Assembly: GCA_041615815.1 (NCBI GenBank)
Contig: JBFJCP010000021.1
Coordinates: 18,638-82,637 of the forward strand
Direction: 5' to 3'
DNA length: 64,000 bases
DNA from: Gemmatimonadales bacterium
GTDB taxonomy: Bacteria > Gemmatimonadota > Gemmatimonadetes > Gemmatimonadales > GWC2-71-9
Positions 33,612 to 43,827 of this stretch are shown piece after piece. How positions within the stretch are numbered: the stretch's first letter is position 1; each line of letters opens with the position of its first letter. The notes under the pieces are model-generated. The model was not told the DNA's origin and did not search any database. It saw only the letters and a program-made list of their open reading frames with translations. Made by a program: the position numbers and the translations under genes.

Positions 33612-35180
33612 ATGCCAAGACCACGAACGATTCTCTGGGTGGACGACGAGATCGAGTCGTTGGATGCCCACGTCTTGTTCCTCCGCGAGCAGGGATATCA
33701 GGTCGAACAGGCTGCCCACGGCGACGACGCCATCGCTTTGCTTCAGCGTCAACCGTACGGGGTGGTCCTCCTCGACGAGCACATGCCCGGCCGGCGGGGG
33801 TTGGAGCTGGTGTCTGAGATCCGCTCCTTGGACCCCGCGGTGCCGCTGGTGATGGTCACCAAGAGTGAAGAAGCGACGACCATGCGGGAAGCGATCGGCA
33901 TCGAGATGGACGACTATCTCGTCAAGCCGGTGAATCCGCGGCAGATCTTGACGGTCGTGACGCGACTGCTCGAGGGCGATCGGATCCGTCAGCAGCGATT
34001 GGCCCGCGATTTCGTCGTGCGGTTTCGCGAACTGGAGCAGCGGCGGGCGAGTGCCTTGGGCTGGCGCGAGTGGGTGGAGCACGTCGTCGAGCTCGCGCGG
34101 TGGGAGGTGAAGCTCGGTTCGGCGGATGAAAGTGGTCTCAAGGAAGCCCTCCGGTCGCTCCAGACTGGTCTGCATCAGGACTTCGCGGACTTCATAAAGA
34201 CCGCGTACCCACGATGGCTCGCGAAGCCGGAGTCGGACCGGCCCCCTTTGTCGGTCGATGTCTGTAGCGAGTTCCTGATCCCCTTGCTCGAGGCTCGGGG
34301 TCGGGTGTTGTTCGTCGTCGTCGACTGTATGCGTCTGGATCAGTGGGAGCTGCTGAAGCCGCTGGTCACGGGTTTCTTCGACATCGAGGAATCGTACTAC
34401 TTCTCGATTCTTCCTACGGCGACCCCCTTTTCGCGCAACGCGATCTTCAGCGGATTGTTTCCGGCGGAGATCCAGGCTCGCCATCCCGACTGGTGGGGCG
34501 AACGGGACGACGAGAGTCTCAACGCGCACGAGGACGAGCTTCTGGTGGAACAGCTCACCGAGCTCACCGGGCGGAAGGTGCCGGTTCGATACGAAAAAGT
34601 CTCTTCGACGTCCGACAGTGAAACCTTGCTGAAGCGGCTGGCCGCCCACCTGTCGCAGGACGGGGTGACGGCGCTGGTGTTCAACTTCGTGGATCAGCTG
34701 ACGCACGGGCGTTCAGAGCATGCCATCCTCTATGAAGTTGCCCGGGATACCCAGTCGCTTCGCAATCTCACACGGACGTGGTTCGAAGAATCGGCTCTCT
34801 TTCGCGCCCTCAAGGAAGCGGAGCGGCGGGGGGTGCCGGCGTTGCTGACGACCGACCACGGCTCGATCCCATGTGAGACGCCGGCCACCGTTTTCGCGAA
34901 GCGGGATGCCACCGCCAATCTGCGATACAAGTTCGGCAGCGACCTGAGGGCCGAAAAGCGATCGGCGGCCTTGGTGGTCGACAACCTCCCAGCCTGGGGT
35001 CTTCCCAAGATGCGGATGGGTGTGCGTCTGCTCATGGCGCTCGGGGATCATTTCTTCGTGTATCCGACCAAGCTGCGAGAGTACCAGGCCCGATATCGCG
35101 GTTCCTTCCTCCACGGAGGCGTTACGCCGGAGGAGGTGATCCTCCCGGTCGCACTGCTCACCCCACGCCAAGCGAGTTAG
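33612..35180 (+). CDS. PorX-like response regulator with PglZ/alkaline-phosphatase domain
   Basis: REC domain ILWVDDE..LLDEHMPG..KP; PglZ motifs VDCMRLDQW, PTATPFSRNAIF, FVDQLTH, TTDHG, FLHGG. Confidence 0.88.
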   Translation: MPRPRTILWVDDEIESLDAHVLFLREQGYQVEQAAHGDDAIALLQRQPYGVVLLDEHMPGRRGLELVSEIRSLDPAVPLVMVTKSEEATTMREAIGIEMDDYLVKPVNPRQILTVVTRLLEGDRIRQQRLARDFVVRFRELEQRRASALGWREWVEHVVELARWEVKLGSADESGLKEALRSLQTGLHQDFADFIKTAYPRWLAKPESDRPPLSVDVCSEFLIPLLEARGRVLFVVVDCMRLDQWELLKPLVTGFFDIEESYYFSILPTATPFSRNAIFSGLFPAEIQARHPDWWGERDDESLNAHEDELLVEQLTELTGRKVPVRYEKVSSTSDSETLLKRLAAHLSQDGVTALVFNFVDQLTHGRSEHAILYEVARDTQSLRNLTRTWFEESALFRALKEAERRGVPALLTTDHGSIPCETPATVFAKRDATANLRYKFGSDLRAEKRSAALVVDNLPAWGLPKMRMGVRLLMALGDHFFVYPTKLREYQARYRGSFLHGGVTPEEVILPVALLTPRQAS

Positions 35181-36986
35181 GTGGGACGGTTCCGCCGCCT
35201 GCTGGCCTATTTGCGGCCATACCGCCCGTTGTTTGGGGCGTGTGTGGTTGCGGCTTTCCTCGCCGCTGCACTCGACGGGTTTACGCTCGCGCTGCTCATC
35301 CCGTTTCTGCGTCTGCTGTTCGAGACCGGCGGGCCGGGAGAGGTTTCGACGGTGGTGGAGCGGGTGATCGATTTGATGGCCGGCCGGTGGTTGGACACGG
35401 GCGATCGCACGACGGCGCTGCGCAACGTGGTGCTCCTGGTCCTGGCCACGATGGCGGTCAAGAACGCGGCCCTGTTCGCTACCGACTACATCGGATCCGT
35501 CATTCGGGAGCGCATCGCTCGGGATCTCCGGACCGAGCTGCACAGCCACGTCCACGATCTTGGCCTCGGGTTCTTCCAGCGTGCCAAGACCGGGCAACTC
35601 GTCAGCCGAGTGGTGGCGGACGCGGATCAGGCCACCGGTGTCGCGAGCAACGCTTTGGTGGCTGGACTGCAGAATCTGGTGTTGCTGGGCGTCTACCTCG
35701 CGATCCTCTTTTCACTCTCCTGGCGTCTCTCACTGGTGACGTTGGTGCTCGCGCCGCTCATCGTGCTGGTCCTGCGCCCAATCCTTCTGGGGCTCCGCGC
35801 GCGGATTAAGACGGCGTTGGACGACCGAGGCGAGCTCACTGCCGTGATGAGCGAGAGCGTCGAGGGAGCGCGCCTCGTGAAGGCCCACGGGGCCGAACGA
35901 TACGAACGACGCCGGTTCGCTGAAGCGACCAACCGCTATCTCGCTGGCGTTCTCAAGGCGCGGCGGCTCGCGGCGTTGGCGAGCCCGTTGAGCGAGACGA
36001 TGGCGGCGGCGGTCATCCTCTTACTTCTCGTCGGCTCGTGGGCCGCGGACCCCCAGGGGATCCGTCCGGAGGTCTTCGTGACCTTCGTGGTGGTCTCACT
36101 ACGATTGCTCCGCCCGGTCAAGTTCTTGGCCCAGTTTCCGGCGGTCGCCGAGCATTCGCTCGGCGCGGCACAGCGCCTGTTCGACATCATCGATCGGCCC
36201 GCGGATGACGTGGATCCGCCCGGCAGCCCGCCGTTTCCGGGACTCGAGCGGCTCATCGAATTTCGGGACGTGTGGGTGGCCTACGAACCGAGCCGGTGGG
36301 TACTTCATGGGGTGAATCTCACGATCCGCCGCGGGGAGGTGGTCGCGATCGTGGGGCCGTCGGGAGCCGGCAAATCCACGTTAGCCGATCTCCTCCCGCG
36401 TTTCCTCGAGCCGGAGCGCGGCGCCGTGCTCGTCGATGGTGTGCCGGTGCAGCACTATAGCCGCCGCTCGCTTCGTCGGTCCATGGGGATCGTCAGTCAG
36501 CAGACCGTGATCTTCAACGATACGGTGCGTGCCAACATCGCCTACGGAGAGACCGAGGGGGCGTCGAACGCGACGGTCGAGGCGGCCGCGCGGGCCGCGA
36601 ACGCTCACGACTTCATTGTCAAACTGCCTCAGGGGTACGACACCGTACTGGGCGAACGCGGAATGCTCCTCTCGGGGGGGGAGCGCCAGCGCATTGCCAT
36701 TGCGCGGGCCCTGCTCCGCGACCCGCCCATCGTCATCATGGATGAAGCCACTTCCTCGCTGGATCCCGAGTCCGAGCGTCTCGTGCAGGAAGCCGTGGCG
36801 CGCCTCCTGGCCAATCGAACGGTGCTCGTGATCGCCCATCGCGTGACGACCGTGGTTCGGGCGGATCTCATCGTCGTCATGGAGCATGGACGGCTGGTGG
36901 AGCGAGGACGGCACACGGAGTTGATCCGAGCCGGTGGGCTGTACCAGCGGCTCCACGCGATGGAGGGGGTGGGTTTACCGGGGTAA
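35181..36986 (+). CDS. ABC transporter permease/ATP-binding protein (MsbA-like)
   Basis: TM domain plus GPSGAGKST, LSGGERQR, MDEATS, IAHR. Confidence 0.92.
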   Translation: MGRFRRLLAYLRPYRPLFGACVVAAFLAAALDGFTLALLIPFLRLLFETGGPGEVSTVVERVIDLMAGRWLDTGDRTTALRNVVLLVLATMAVKNAALFATDYIGSVIRERIARDLRTELHSHVHDLGLGFFQRAKTGQLVSRVVADADQATGVASNALVAGLQNLVLLGVYLAILFSLSWRLSLVTLVLAPLIVLVLRPILLGLRARIKTALDDRGELTAVMSESVEGARLVKAHGAERYERRRFAEATNRYLAGVLKARRLAALASPLSETMAAAVILLLLVGSWAADPQGIRPEVFVTFVVVSLRLLRPVKFLAQFPAVAEHSLGAAQRLFDIIDRPADDVDPPGSPPFPGLERLIEFRDVWVAYEPSRWVLHGVNLTIRRGEVVAIVGPSGAGKSTLADLLPRFLEPERGAVLVDGVPVQHYSRRSLRRSMGIVSQQTVIFNDTVRANIAYGETEGASNATVEAAARAANAHDFIVKLPQGYDTVLGERGMLLSGGERQRIAIARALLRDPPIVIMDEATSSLDPESERLVQEAVARLLANRTVLVIAHRVTTVVRADLIVVMEHGRLVERGRHTELIRAGGLYQRLHAMEGVGLPG

Positions 36987-37031
36987 GAGTAGCGGAGGGT
37001 GTGGAAGAAGCAGAGCGTAGACCGGCGGGCG

Positions 37032-38132
37032 TTACGCGGCCGTGATCTGCGGCTGTGTGGCGGGGACGGCCACGATCGCATTCGTGGGGCACTGCCGCAG
37101 GAACTCCGCATCCACGGGGTTCCACACTTGCTCGGGATCCAGCACGACCGCCTTCCCCCGCTCGTCGATGCTGAACAGGCCCGGCGGGCCGTGAATGCGA
37201 CAGGCGCCACACCCGATACAGCGATCGCGCTCGACACGGACGACGAACTTCCGTTTGGGGTACACCCCGGTGGCTCCCTTGCCAGGGATGTCCTCGGGGC
37301 TTTTCAGCAGGCGATGGGCGGCGCGGTATCCCGCATCCAGCAGTTCTCGCGAGTGGCGGAACGAGAAGAGCCCAATGTAATCCACCTCCGGCTGGACCAG
37401 CAGGAGTGGCGGGCGGCTCCACTGCCGCAAGATGTTGATCCGAATGTTCTGAATGCCAAACTCGATCGCGCGGGCGTACACGGCGGCGAATCCCATGCGG
37501 TGCACGTCGTGGCGGAGTGAACCCGTCGATCCCACGTCGACAGCCACGACTAGATCGCGATCCCGGGCCACCGTGGCGCGCACCGGCAGGTTCGACACGG
37601 CGGCGCCGTCGACGAAATAGCGTCCCCCGATCTCTCGAGGTGGGAGATACCCTGGGAGAGCGCACGAGGCGATGACGGCCTCCGCCACAGGGATGTCGGC
37701 CAGTCCCGGTGACCCCCAGAATACCTGCCGACCGGTGGCGAGGTCGATGGCGTTGACCAGGAGTGGGCGCTTGAGCTCGCTAAAGGTGATGTCGCCGAGG
37801 AGGCCTTTGACGAAATTCTCGAACGGCTCGCGGCGGTAGAGGGCGGGGGAGCTCATCCGCTTGAGGGCCATGTCCCGGTGGGCGAGGCGAAAGAGGTCGC
37901 TGCGTTGGAGATCCAAGGCGATCGTCGTGAGGTCCGCGGGTGACAGACCGGCGCACCAGGCCGCTCCCACCAGCGCGCCGACACTGGATCCCACCACGTC
38001 CACCGGCAACGTTCCGAATTCTTCCAACGCGGCCACGACGCCGATGTGCGCGAGGCCTTTCATGCCTCCGCCACCGAGCACAAGCGTAAATCGACGTCCG
38101 TGCAAACCAACGCTCCCGCGTTCCACCAACAT
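37032..38132 (-). CDS. Patatin-like phospholipase fused to a C-terminal monocluster ferredoxin
   Basis: GGGGMKG, GSSVG, DGA motifs; C-terminal DRCIGCGAC...CPTNAI. Confidence 0.85.
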   Translation of the reverse strand: MLVERGSVGLHGRRFTLVLGGGGMKGLAHIGVVAALEEFGTLPVDVVGSSVGALVGAAWCAGLSPADLTTIALDLQRSDLFRLAHRDMALKRMSSPALYRREPFENFVKGLLGDITFSELKRPLLVNAIDLATGRQVFWGSPGLADIPVAEAVIASCALPGYLPPREIGGRYFVDGAAVSNLPVRATVARDRDLVVAVDVGSTGSLRHDVHRMGFAAVYARAIEFGIQNIRINILRQWSRPPLLLVQPEVDYIGLFSFRHSRELLDAGYRAAHRLLKSPEDIPGKGATGVYPKRKFVVRVERDRCIGCGACRIHGPPGLFSIDERGKAVVLDPEQVWNPVDAEFLRQCPTNAIVAVPATQPQITAA

Positions 38133-38225
38133 TCTGGCAACCGGCGAACCGTCGCATCGTAGCCTCGATCCCTTTCGGAGGGCTACCTTACTTCCTCGTA
38201 CCCCACAACCTCGCTGAGTTGCCCC

Positions 38226-39413
38226 TTGCACGAACCGCGCACGACCTCACCGGGTCTCGACGATTCGGTCCACGTCTTTCACCGCATCCGAGCGGCGGAG
38301 TTTCCGTGGACGACCGACGTGACGTACTTGAACTGCGCAAGTATTGGGCCAATGCCCGAGCGCACACGACGCGTCGTCATTGACCTGACGGCGAAGCGTG
38401 CGGCACCGCATCTCCTTGTGGAAGAAGACTTTCTTCCGACTCTTCGCGCCGCGCGTGTGATGATTGGCCGCTTGATCAATGCCGCTCCAGAAGAGGTGGC
38501 GTTGACCACCAACACGAGCTTCGGGTTGAACGTCGCGGCCAGGGCGTTACCCATCGCCCCGGGCGAGGTCGTGGTGTTGGCGGGCGGCGAGTTTCCCGCG
38601 AACGTCTACCCATGGCTCCAGCTCAGGGAACGTGGTGTCGAGGTCGAGTTCGTGCCCGCGACGGCGGAGGGGTGGCCCGATGAAGGCCGCCTGCTGGAGC
38701 GGCTCGGCGACCCGCGGGTGCGGGTGCTCGCCGTCTCGTTGGTCCAATTCGCCACGGGGTACCGTGCCGACCTGGCACGTTTGGGGGCGGCGGCGCGTGC
38801 CAACGGGTCCTACGTCGTGGTCGACGCGATCCAAGGAATCGGGCAATTCCCGTTCGATGTGCACGCCGTGCCGGTGGACATAGTGGCCTGCGGCGCGCAA
38901 AAGTGGCTGTTGGCCCCCTGGGGCGCCGGGTTTCTGTATGTGCGGCGCTCCCTGATCTCCCAGCTCACCCCGCCCTTTGCTGGATGGATGGCGTTCAAGG
39001 GAACCGACGATTTCACGGGGCTCACCCGGTACGACACCCGATGGCATGGAGATGCGCGGCGGTTTGAGCTCGTGACACTGCCGTTTCAGGACATCAGAGC
39101 CATGACCGAGAGTGTCGGGTTTCTCCTGGAGCTCGGCATCGAGCGTATCGCAACACATCTCCAGAGGGTCCGACAACCGTTGTTCGAGGCCGCCGACGCA
39201 GGCGCCTTCACGATCACCTCTCCCCGGGATGGTATTCATGATTCCGCCATCGTGTGCCTACGCACGTCGAACACGCGCCGTGCCTACGAGGCACTGACAC
39301 GGGCCGGCATTGTGGTGGCCTTCCGGGAGGGCGCCATTCGCTTGTCACCGCACTGCTACAACACGCCGGCGGAAATGGAGGGGGTGGTGGAGGTTCTGGC
39401 CGGAGCGCGATGA
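38226..39413 (+). CDS. Class V PLP-dependent aminotransferase (cysteine desulfurase/lyase-like)
   Basis: YLNCAS, NTS, EFPAN, VDAIQ, GAQKWLL, IRLSPHCYN. Confidence 0.88.
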   Translation: MHEPRTTSPGLDDSVHVFHRIRAAEFPWTTDVTYLNCASIGPMPERTRRVVIDLTAKRAAPHLLVEEDFLPTLRAARVMIGRLINAAPEEVALTTNTSFGLNVAARALPIAPGEVVVLAGGEFPANVYPWLQLRERGVEVEFVPATAEGWPDEGRLLERLGDPRVRVLAVSLVQFATGYRADLARLGAAARANGSYVVVDAIQGIGQFPFDVHAVPVDIVACGAQKWLLAPWGAGFLYVRRSLISQLTPPFAGWMAFKGTDDFTGLTRYDTRWHGDARRFELVTLPFQDIRAMTESVGFLLELGIERIATHLQRVRQPLFEAADAGAFTITSPRDGIHDSAIVCLRTSNTRRAYEALTRAGIVVAFREGAIRLSPHCYNTPAEMEGVVEVLAGAR

Positions 39414-39829
39414 GTGACTGCGTCTTTTGCTCGATCGTCGCTGGGACGGCGCCCGGCAGTGTCATCTACGAAGATGACGACGTGGTGGCGTTTCTGGACC
39501 TCTTTCCAGTGCACCCGGGTCACACGCTGGTCGTGCCGCGGCACCACGTGGAGGATCTCCGGTCTTGCCCACCGGCGATGGCCGGTCGGTTATTCGCCGT
39601 CAGTGCCCAGATCGCACCGGCCGTCGTGACGGCGACCGGTGCTGCCGGCTTCAATGTGTGGACGGCGAACGGCGAGGCGGCAGGGCAGGAGGTCTTCCAC
39701 CTGCACCTGCACGTGCTCCCCCGATTCGAGGGCGACGCCTTCGGGTTGCGGTTTCCCAAGTCCTATCCACAGGAGGCTACGCGGCGGGACCTCGAGCGGA
39801 TGGCCGGGGCGATCAGGGCGCGCCTATGA
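39410..39829 (+). CDS. HIT-family nucleotide hydrolase
   Basis: CVFCSI, GHTLVVP, GQEVFHLHLH. Confidence 0.92.
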   Translation: MSDCVFCSIVAGTAPGSVIYEDDDVVAFLDLFPVHPGHTLVVPRHHVEDLRSCPPAMAGRLFAVSAQIAPAVVTATGAAGFNVWTANGEAAGQEVFHLHLHVLPRFEGDAFGLRFPKSYPQEATRRDLERMAGAIRARL

Positions 39830-41078
39830 AGATGTAGTCGGTCTTCTTGCCACGGCGCAGCCAGAGATAGGAACCAGCGAGGAGATCACGCGGGCTGGCG
39901 GCGGTTTCCGGGGCCACGGGTCGGCCGTTCAGCGAGAGGCCTCCCTGGGCGAGGAGCCGGCGTGCCTCGCTCTTCGACTTGACGAGGGTCGAACTGGCCA
40001 CCAGATCGGCCACGGGCATCCCGCGGCCGAACGCGCCCGGAAGCGGACCATGCGGTAGTTCTGCGACCAACGTCTGCCAGGTATCCGCGCCGGCGTCCTC
40101 CGGTGGGAGCTCCCCAAACATGATTTGCGATGCCTCTTGCACCTGCTGCGCTGTGGCATCGCCGTGGACGCGGGCCGTCAGATCGAGCGCCAACCGTTTG
40201 TGTGGGACCCGCGCGCCGCGGTCCTTCGCATGACTCGCCATGAGGTGGCCGATGTCATCGCGGGGCAAGAACGTGAACATTTTCATGTACTGCTCGACGT
40301 CCCGATCGTCCACGTTCACCCAGAATTGATAGAACTTGTACGGGGACGTCATGGACGGGTCGAGCCACACCGCCCCCTCCTCCGACTTGCCGAACTTGGT
40401 TCCCGCGGACGTCGTCACGAGCGGTGCCGCTAACCCGTGCGCTTCTCCACCCGCGACCCGGCGAATCAGCTCGGTGCCGGCCGTAATGTTACCCCATTGG
40501 TCCGAGCCCCCGAGTTGCAGCTCGCACCCGCAGGTTCGGAAGAGGTGCAAGAAGTCGTACGCCTGGAGCAGCATGTAACTGAACTCGGTGTACGAGATTC
40601 CGGTCTCGAGCCGGGTCTTCACCGACTCCTTCTGGAGCATGTAGCTGATGGTGAAGTGTTTGCCGATGTCTCGCAGGAAGGTGACGAGGTCGAGAGCACG
40701 AAGCCACTCGGCGTTGTTCATCATCTCCGCGGCCTTGGGGCCGGGATCGAAATCGAGAAAGCGACTCAACTGCTGGCGTTGACGCTCGGCGTTCTCCGCC
40801 ACCTCCGCCTCGGTCAGAAGCGGTCGTTCGCCCGGCTTGCCGCTGGGATCGCCGATCAGCCCGGTCCCCCCGCCCACGAGCACCAGGGGCTTGCCGCCGG
40901 CGCGCTGGAGATGCGCGAGCAGCATGACTGGGACCAGATTCCCGAGCTGTAGGCTGGGAGCCGTGGGATCGAACCCCACGTATCCGGTGATCGCCCCCCG
41001 CGTGAGGCGGTCGGGGAGCGCCGGCGTGTGATCGGCGATCAAGCCGCGCCAGGCGAGTTCATCGAGAAACTGCCTCAT
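39813..41078 (-). CDS. tyrS: Tyrosine--tRNA ligase
   Basis: YVGFDPTAPSLQLGN, EFSYMLLQAYD, GGSDQWGNI, KFGKS, C-terminal S4 domain. Confidence 0.96.
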   Translation of the reverse strand: MRQFLDELAWRGLIADHTPALPDRLTRGAITGYVGFDPTAPSLQLGNLVPVMLLAHLQRAGGKPLVLVGGGTGLIGDPSGKPGERPLLTEAEVAENAERQRQQLSRFLDFDPGPKAAEMMNNAEWLRALDLVTFLRDIGKHFTISYMLQKESVKTRLETGISYTEFSYMLLQAYDFLHLFRTCGCELQLGGSDQWGNITAGTELIRRVAGGEAHGLAAPLVTTSAGTKFGKSEEGAVWLDPSMTSPYKFYQFWVNVDDRDVEQYMKMFTFLPRDDIGHLMASHAKDRGARVPHKRLALDLTARVHGDATAQQVQEASQIMFGELPPEDAGADTWQTLVAELPHGPLPGAFGRGMPVADLVASSTLVKSKSEARRLLAQGGLSLNGRPVAPETAASPRDLLAGSYLWLRRGKKTDYIFIGAP

Positions 41079-41143
41079 CGGCGCGAAGGTTATGTAGACC
41101 CGGAAGCGCTGGCAAGCAGCCACGCTGGTCACTACGTTTGAAG

Positions 41144-43324
41144 ATGGTGACGATGACTCCCGAATCGGGTGAATCCCAGCCGGTGCGCCCGGCCCGTCGC
41201 ACCCTCGGCATCGCCGTGTGGGGGATCCTGGTTCTCGTGGGTGCGCTCTTTGCGAGCCTCGGGGCTGGGATGGCCGTCGGATCGTGGACCCGGGCGTGCG
41301 CCGGGAACGCCTGTCCCTCGATCGTCCAGCTCGAAGGCTACCGCCCCACCCAGGCGGCCAAAGTCTACGCGGCCGACGGCCGGCTGATCACCGAACTGGG
41401 CCACGAACGGCGGACGGTGCTCAGTTTCGATGAGATCACACCGGCGCTCCGTGCCGCGTTCGTGTCCGTTGAGGATAAGCGCTTCTTCGAACACGGCGGT
41501 ATCGACTACCGGCGTATTCTGGGCGCCGTGAAAGCCAACCTGCTGGCTCTCAGTTACGCCGAGGGCTTCTCGACCATCTCCATGCAGCTGGCTCGAAACA
41601 TCTTCCCGGACGATCTCCCGAGCACCAAGTCGATCCGGCGGAAGATTCGGGAGATGCGTGTGGCCCTCGAGCTGGAGCGCACCTATCCCAAGGACCGGAT
41701 TCTCGAGCTGTATCTCAACCAGATCTATTTGGGTGGAAGTGCGTACGGTGTCGAAGCCGGTGCTCGTCGATACTTTGGAAAATCCGCTCGTATGTTGAAT
41801 CCGGCAGAGGCCGCGCTCCTCGCCGCGATCGCCAACGTGCCGGGTCACTACGATCCCCGTCGATTTCCCGACCGAGCCCTGCAGCGTCGGAACCTGGTCA
41901 TCAATCTCATGCGGGCCCAAGGCTATCTGACTCGCGAGCAAGCAGAAGGCTGGAAGGCGTACCCGATTCTGCTCAGCTCCCGTGAGGATTTTCAGGACGT
42001 TGCCCCGTACTTCGTGGAGTGGGTGCGACAGCAACTCTACGACCGGTTCGGGACTCGACTCTACGAGCGAGGGTACCGGATCTACACCACGCTCGACCTG
42101 GACATGCAGCTCGCGGCCGAGCGGGCGTTGGAGGAGCAGCTCGAGCGGATCGAAAGCGGAGACCTGGGAACGTATCGCCATCGCACCTACCAGGAGTTCC
42201 TGGAACAGGAGGTGGAACGGACCGGCAAACTCCAAGAGACGCCGTATCTCCAGGGAGCCTTGGCGACCCTCGATGCGAACACTGGATACGTACGTGCGCT
42301 GGTGGGCGGACGGGACTACGGACACTCCGAGTTCAACCGGGCCACCCAGGCCCGGCGGCAGGCTGGGTCCACCTTCAAGCCGTTCGTCTTTGCGGCCGCA
42401 ATTCGGGCGGGACGGCCGGTGAGCTACATCGTGGACGACAAGCCTGTCAGCCTGATGCAGAACGATACGCTTCCGTGGGAACCCCAGAACTTCGACGATC
42501 AGTTTTTGGGTCCGATGACCCTCCGCCGTGGGCTCACGCTGTCCCGCAACCTCGTGGCCATCCGGCTGGGGATCGAGTTGGGTGTCCGAACGGTCATCGG
42601 GGAAGCTGCCCGGTACGGTCTGTCGACGCGGCTCCCCGCGGTCCCATCAATCTTCATCGGCTCGGCCGATGTTCTCCCCATCGAAATGGCGGCGGCCTAC
42701 ACGACCTTCGCGACTGAAGGAACCCGCGCAGCGCCGGTGGGGATCCTCCGTGTCGAAGACGTGGAGGGCAACATCGTATGGGAGCCGCAGGTCCGGCGGG
42801 ACGAGATTATCGATCCGGTCCGCGGCTGGCTGCTCACCAACATGCTGGAAGACGTGGTCAATCGCGGGACGGCGTATGGAGCCGTGCGGCTTCGGGGGGC
42901 GTTCCAACAGCCGGCAGGAGGCAAGACCGGCACCACCAACGACGGCACCGACGTGTGGTTCATCGGGTTCACATCGGAGCTCGTCACGGCGGTGTGGATG
43001 GGATTCGATCAGCCGCGCAAGATCATCGTCAATGCCGCGGGTGGGCGACTAGCGGCGCCAGCCTGGGCGGCCTTCATGGGGGAAGTGTACGAGCGGCGGC
43101 CCGCCCCGAAGGGCTGGGAGCGGCCCGGTTCGCTGATCGCGCGCGAGATCGACAACACGACCGGCCTGCTCACCACGGCGTTCTGCCCAAGGCACGAGCG
43201 GCGTTGGGAGTGGTTCATTCCCGGAACCGAACCGCAGGAACGCTGCCCAATCCACAACCCGTTCCTTCGCGGTATCTCGACAGGTCCTCGCGCTGGACCG
43301 CCCCAACCGGGGGGCCGTCGGTAA
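41144..43324 (+). CDS. Class A penicillin-binding protein (PBP1A)
   Basis: EDKRFFEHGG, STISMQL, RKIRE, ELYLN; SxxK STFK, SRN, KTG; start uncertain. Confidence 0.93.
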   Translation: MVTMTPESGESQPVRPARRTLGIAVWGILVLVGALFASLGAGMAVGSWTRACAGNACPSIVQLEGYRPTQAAKVYAADGRLITELGHERRTVLSFDEITPALRAAFVSVEDKRFFEHGGIDYRRILGAVKANLLALSYAEGFSTISMQLARNIFPDDLPSTKSIRRKIREMRVALELERTYPKDRILELYLNQIYLGGSAYGVEAGARRYFGKSARMLNPAEAALLAAIANVPGHYDPRRFPDRALQRRNLVINLMRAQGYLTREQAEGWKAYPILLSSREDFQDVAPYFVEWVRQQLYDRFGTRLYERGYRIYTTLDLDMQLAAERALEEQLERIESGDLGTYRHRTYQEFLEQEVERTGKLQETPYLQGALATLDANTGYVRALVGGRDYGHSEFNRATQARRQAGSTFKPFVFAAAIRAGRPVSYIVDDKPVSLMQNDTLPWEPQNFDDQFLGPMTLRRGLTLSRNLVAIRLGIELGVRTVIGEAARYGLSTRLPAVPSIFIGSADVLPIEMAAAYTTFATEGTRAAPVGILRVEDVEGNIVWEPQVRRDEIIDPVRGWLLTNMLEDVVNRGTAYGAVRLRGAFQQPAGGKTGTTNDGTDVWFIGFTSELVTAVWMGFDQPRKIIVNAAGGRLAAPAWAAFMGEVYERRPAPKGWERPGSLIAREIDNTTGLLTTAFCPRHERRWEWFIPGTEPQERCPIHNPFLRGISTGPRAGPPQPGGRR

Positions 43325-43409
43325 GACAACCTGCGGGGGTGGCAGACTGATTCGAACTGTAACGTAGTGCGCGTGACGGGGCAGGATCGGAAATCGCAAA
43401 AGGAGAGAT

Positions 43410-43498
43410 GCAGCGCGCTGAGCCCGGGCTTTGTAGTGGTCCCGCTCGTCCCTCCCTGACGAGTGCCCCACCAGGCGGCAGGGTGCCCAGCGCGCTGC
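43410..43498. other. Long imperfect hairpin, candidate structured RNA or operator
   Basis: 14-bp outer stem 43410-43423/43485-43498 and inner CTCGTC/GACGAG stem. Confidence 0.4.
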
Positions 43499-43812
43499 GA
43501 ATGTTCGCTTGGTCGACCGTACGAAATTGAGCGCGGATGGTTTCACCGACGACCGCCCGCGCGGTACCCATTCCTGGCTCTTAGATGCGCGCCGACTGAA
43601 GATGGTTGCACACCTGCGCTCGTCCCCTGAGGGGGTGTTCCGATGCCCCAAACCGCGGATGTGCACTGACGTAGTTCGTCCTGCAACACCCTGCACGCAG
43701 CGAGCTGCGCAACGGCAGCTTTGGCCGCCACCGTCACGATTGTCGCACCGTTCTGCTCAACACCATACGACTCAAGCAGATACGCTGCTGTGGAGGGGTA
43801 CGGCCGGATGCC

Positions 43813-43827
43813 GGGCACATGAGTTGC
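43813..43827 (+). promoter_or_regulatory. sigma54 (-24/-12) promoter of the minor pilin operon
   Basis: GGGCAC-ATGAG-TTGC, exact GG-N10-GC spacing. Confidence 0.7.

Noticed and set aside
32245..35180. BREX/Pgl defence system (PglZ plus ATPase)
   Set aside because: PglZ is fused to a receiver domain (PorX architecture); no pglX, brxC or brxL is nearby.
40930..40960. TyrS HIGH motif reads QLGN
   Set aside because: All other TyrS motifs are intact; likely a tolerated variant with no evidence of altered function.
43410..43498. SRP RNA or a second GEMM riboswitch
   Set aside because: Lacks the SRP helix-8 CAGG..GGAA..AGCA motif and the GEMM GCAAACC/CGCAAAGC core.
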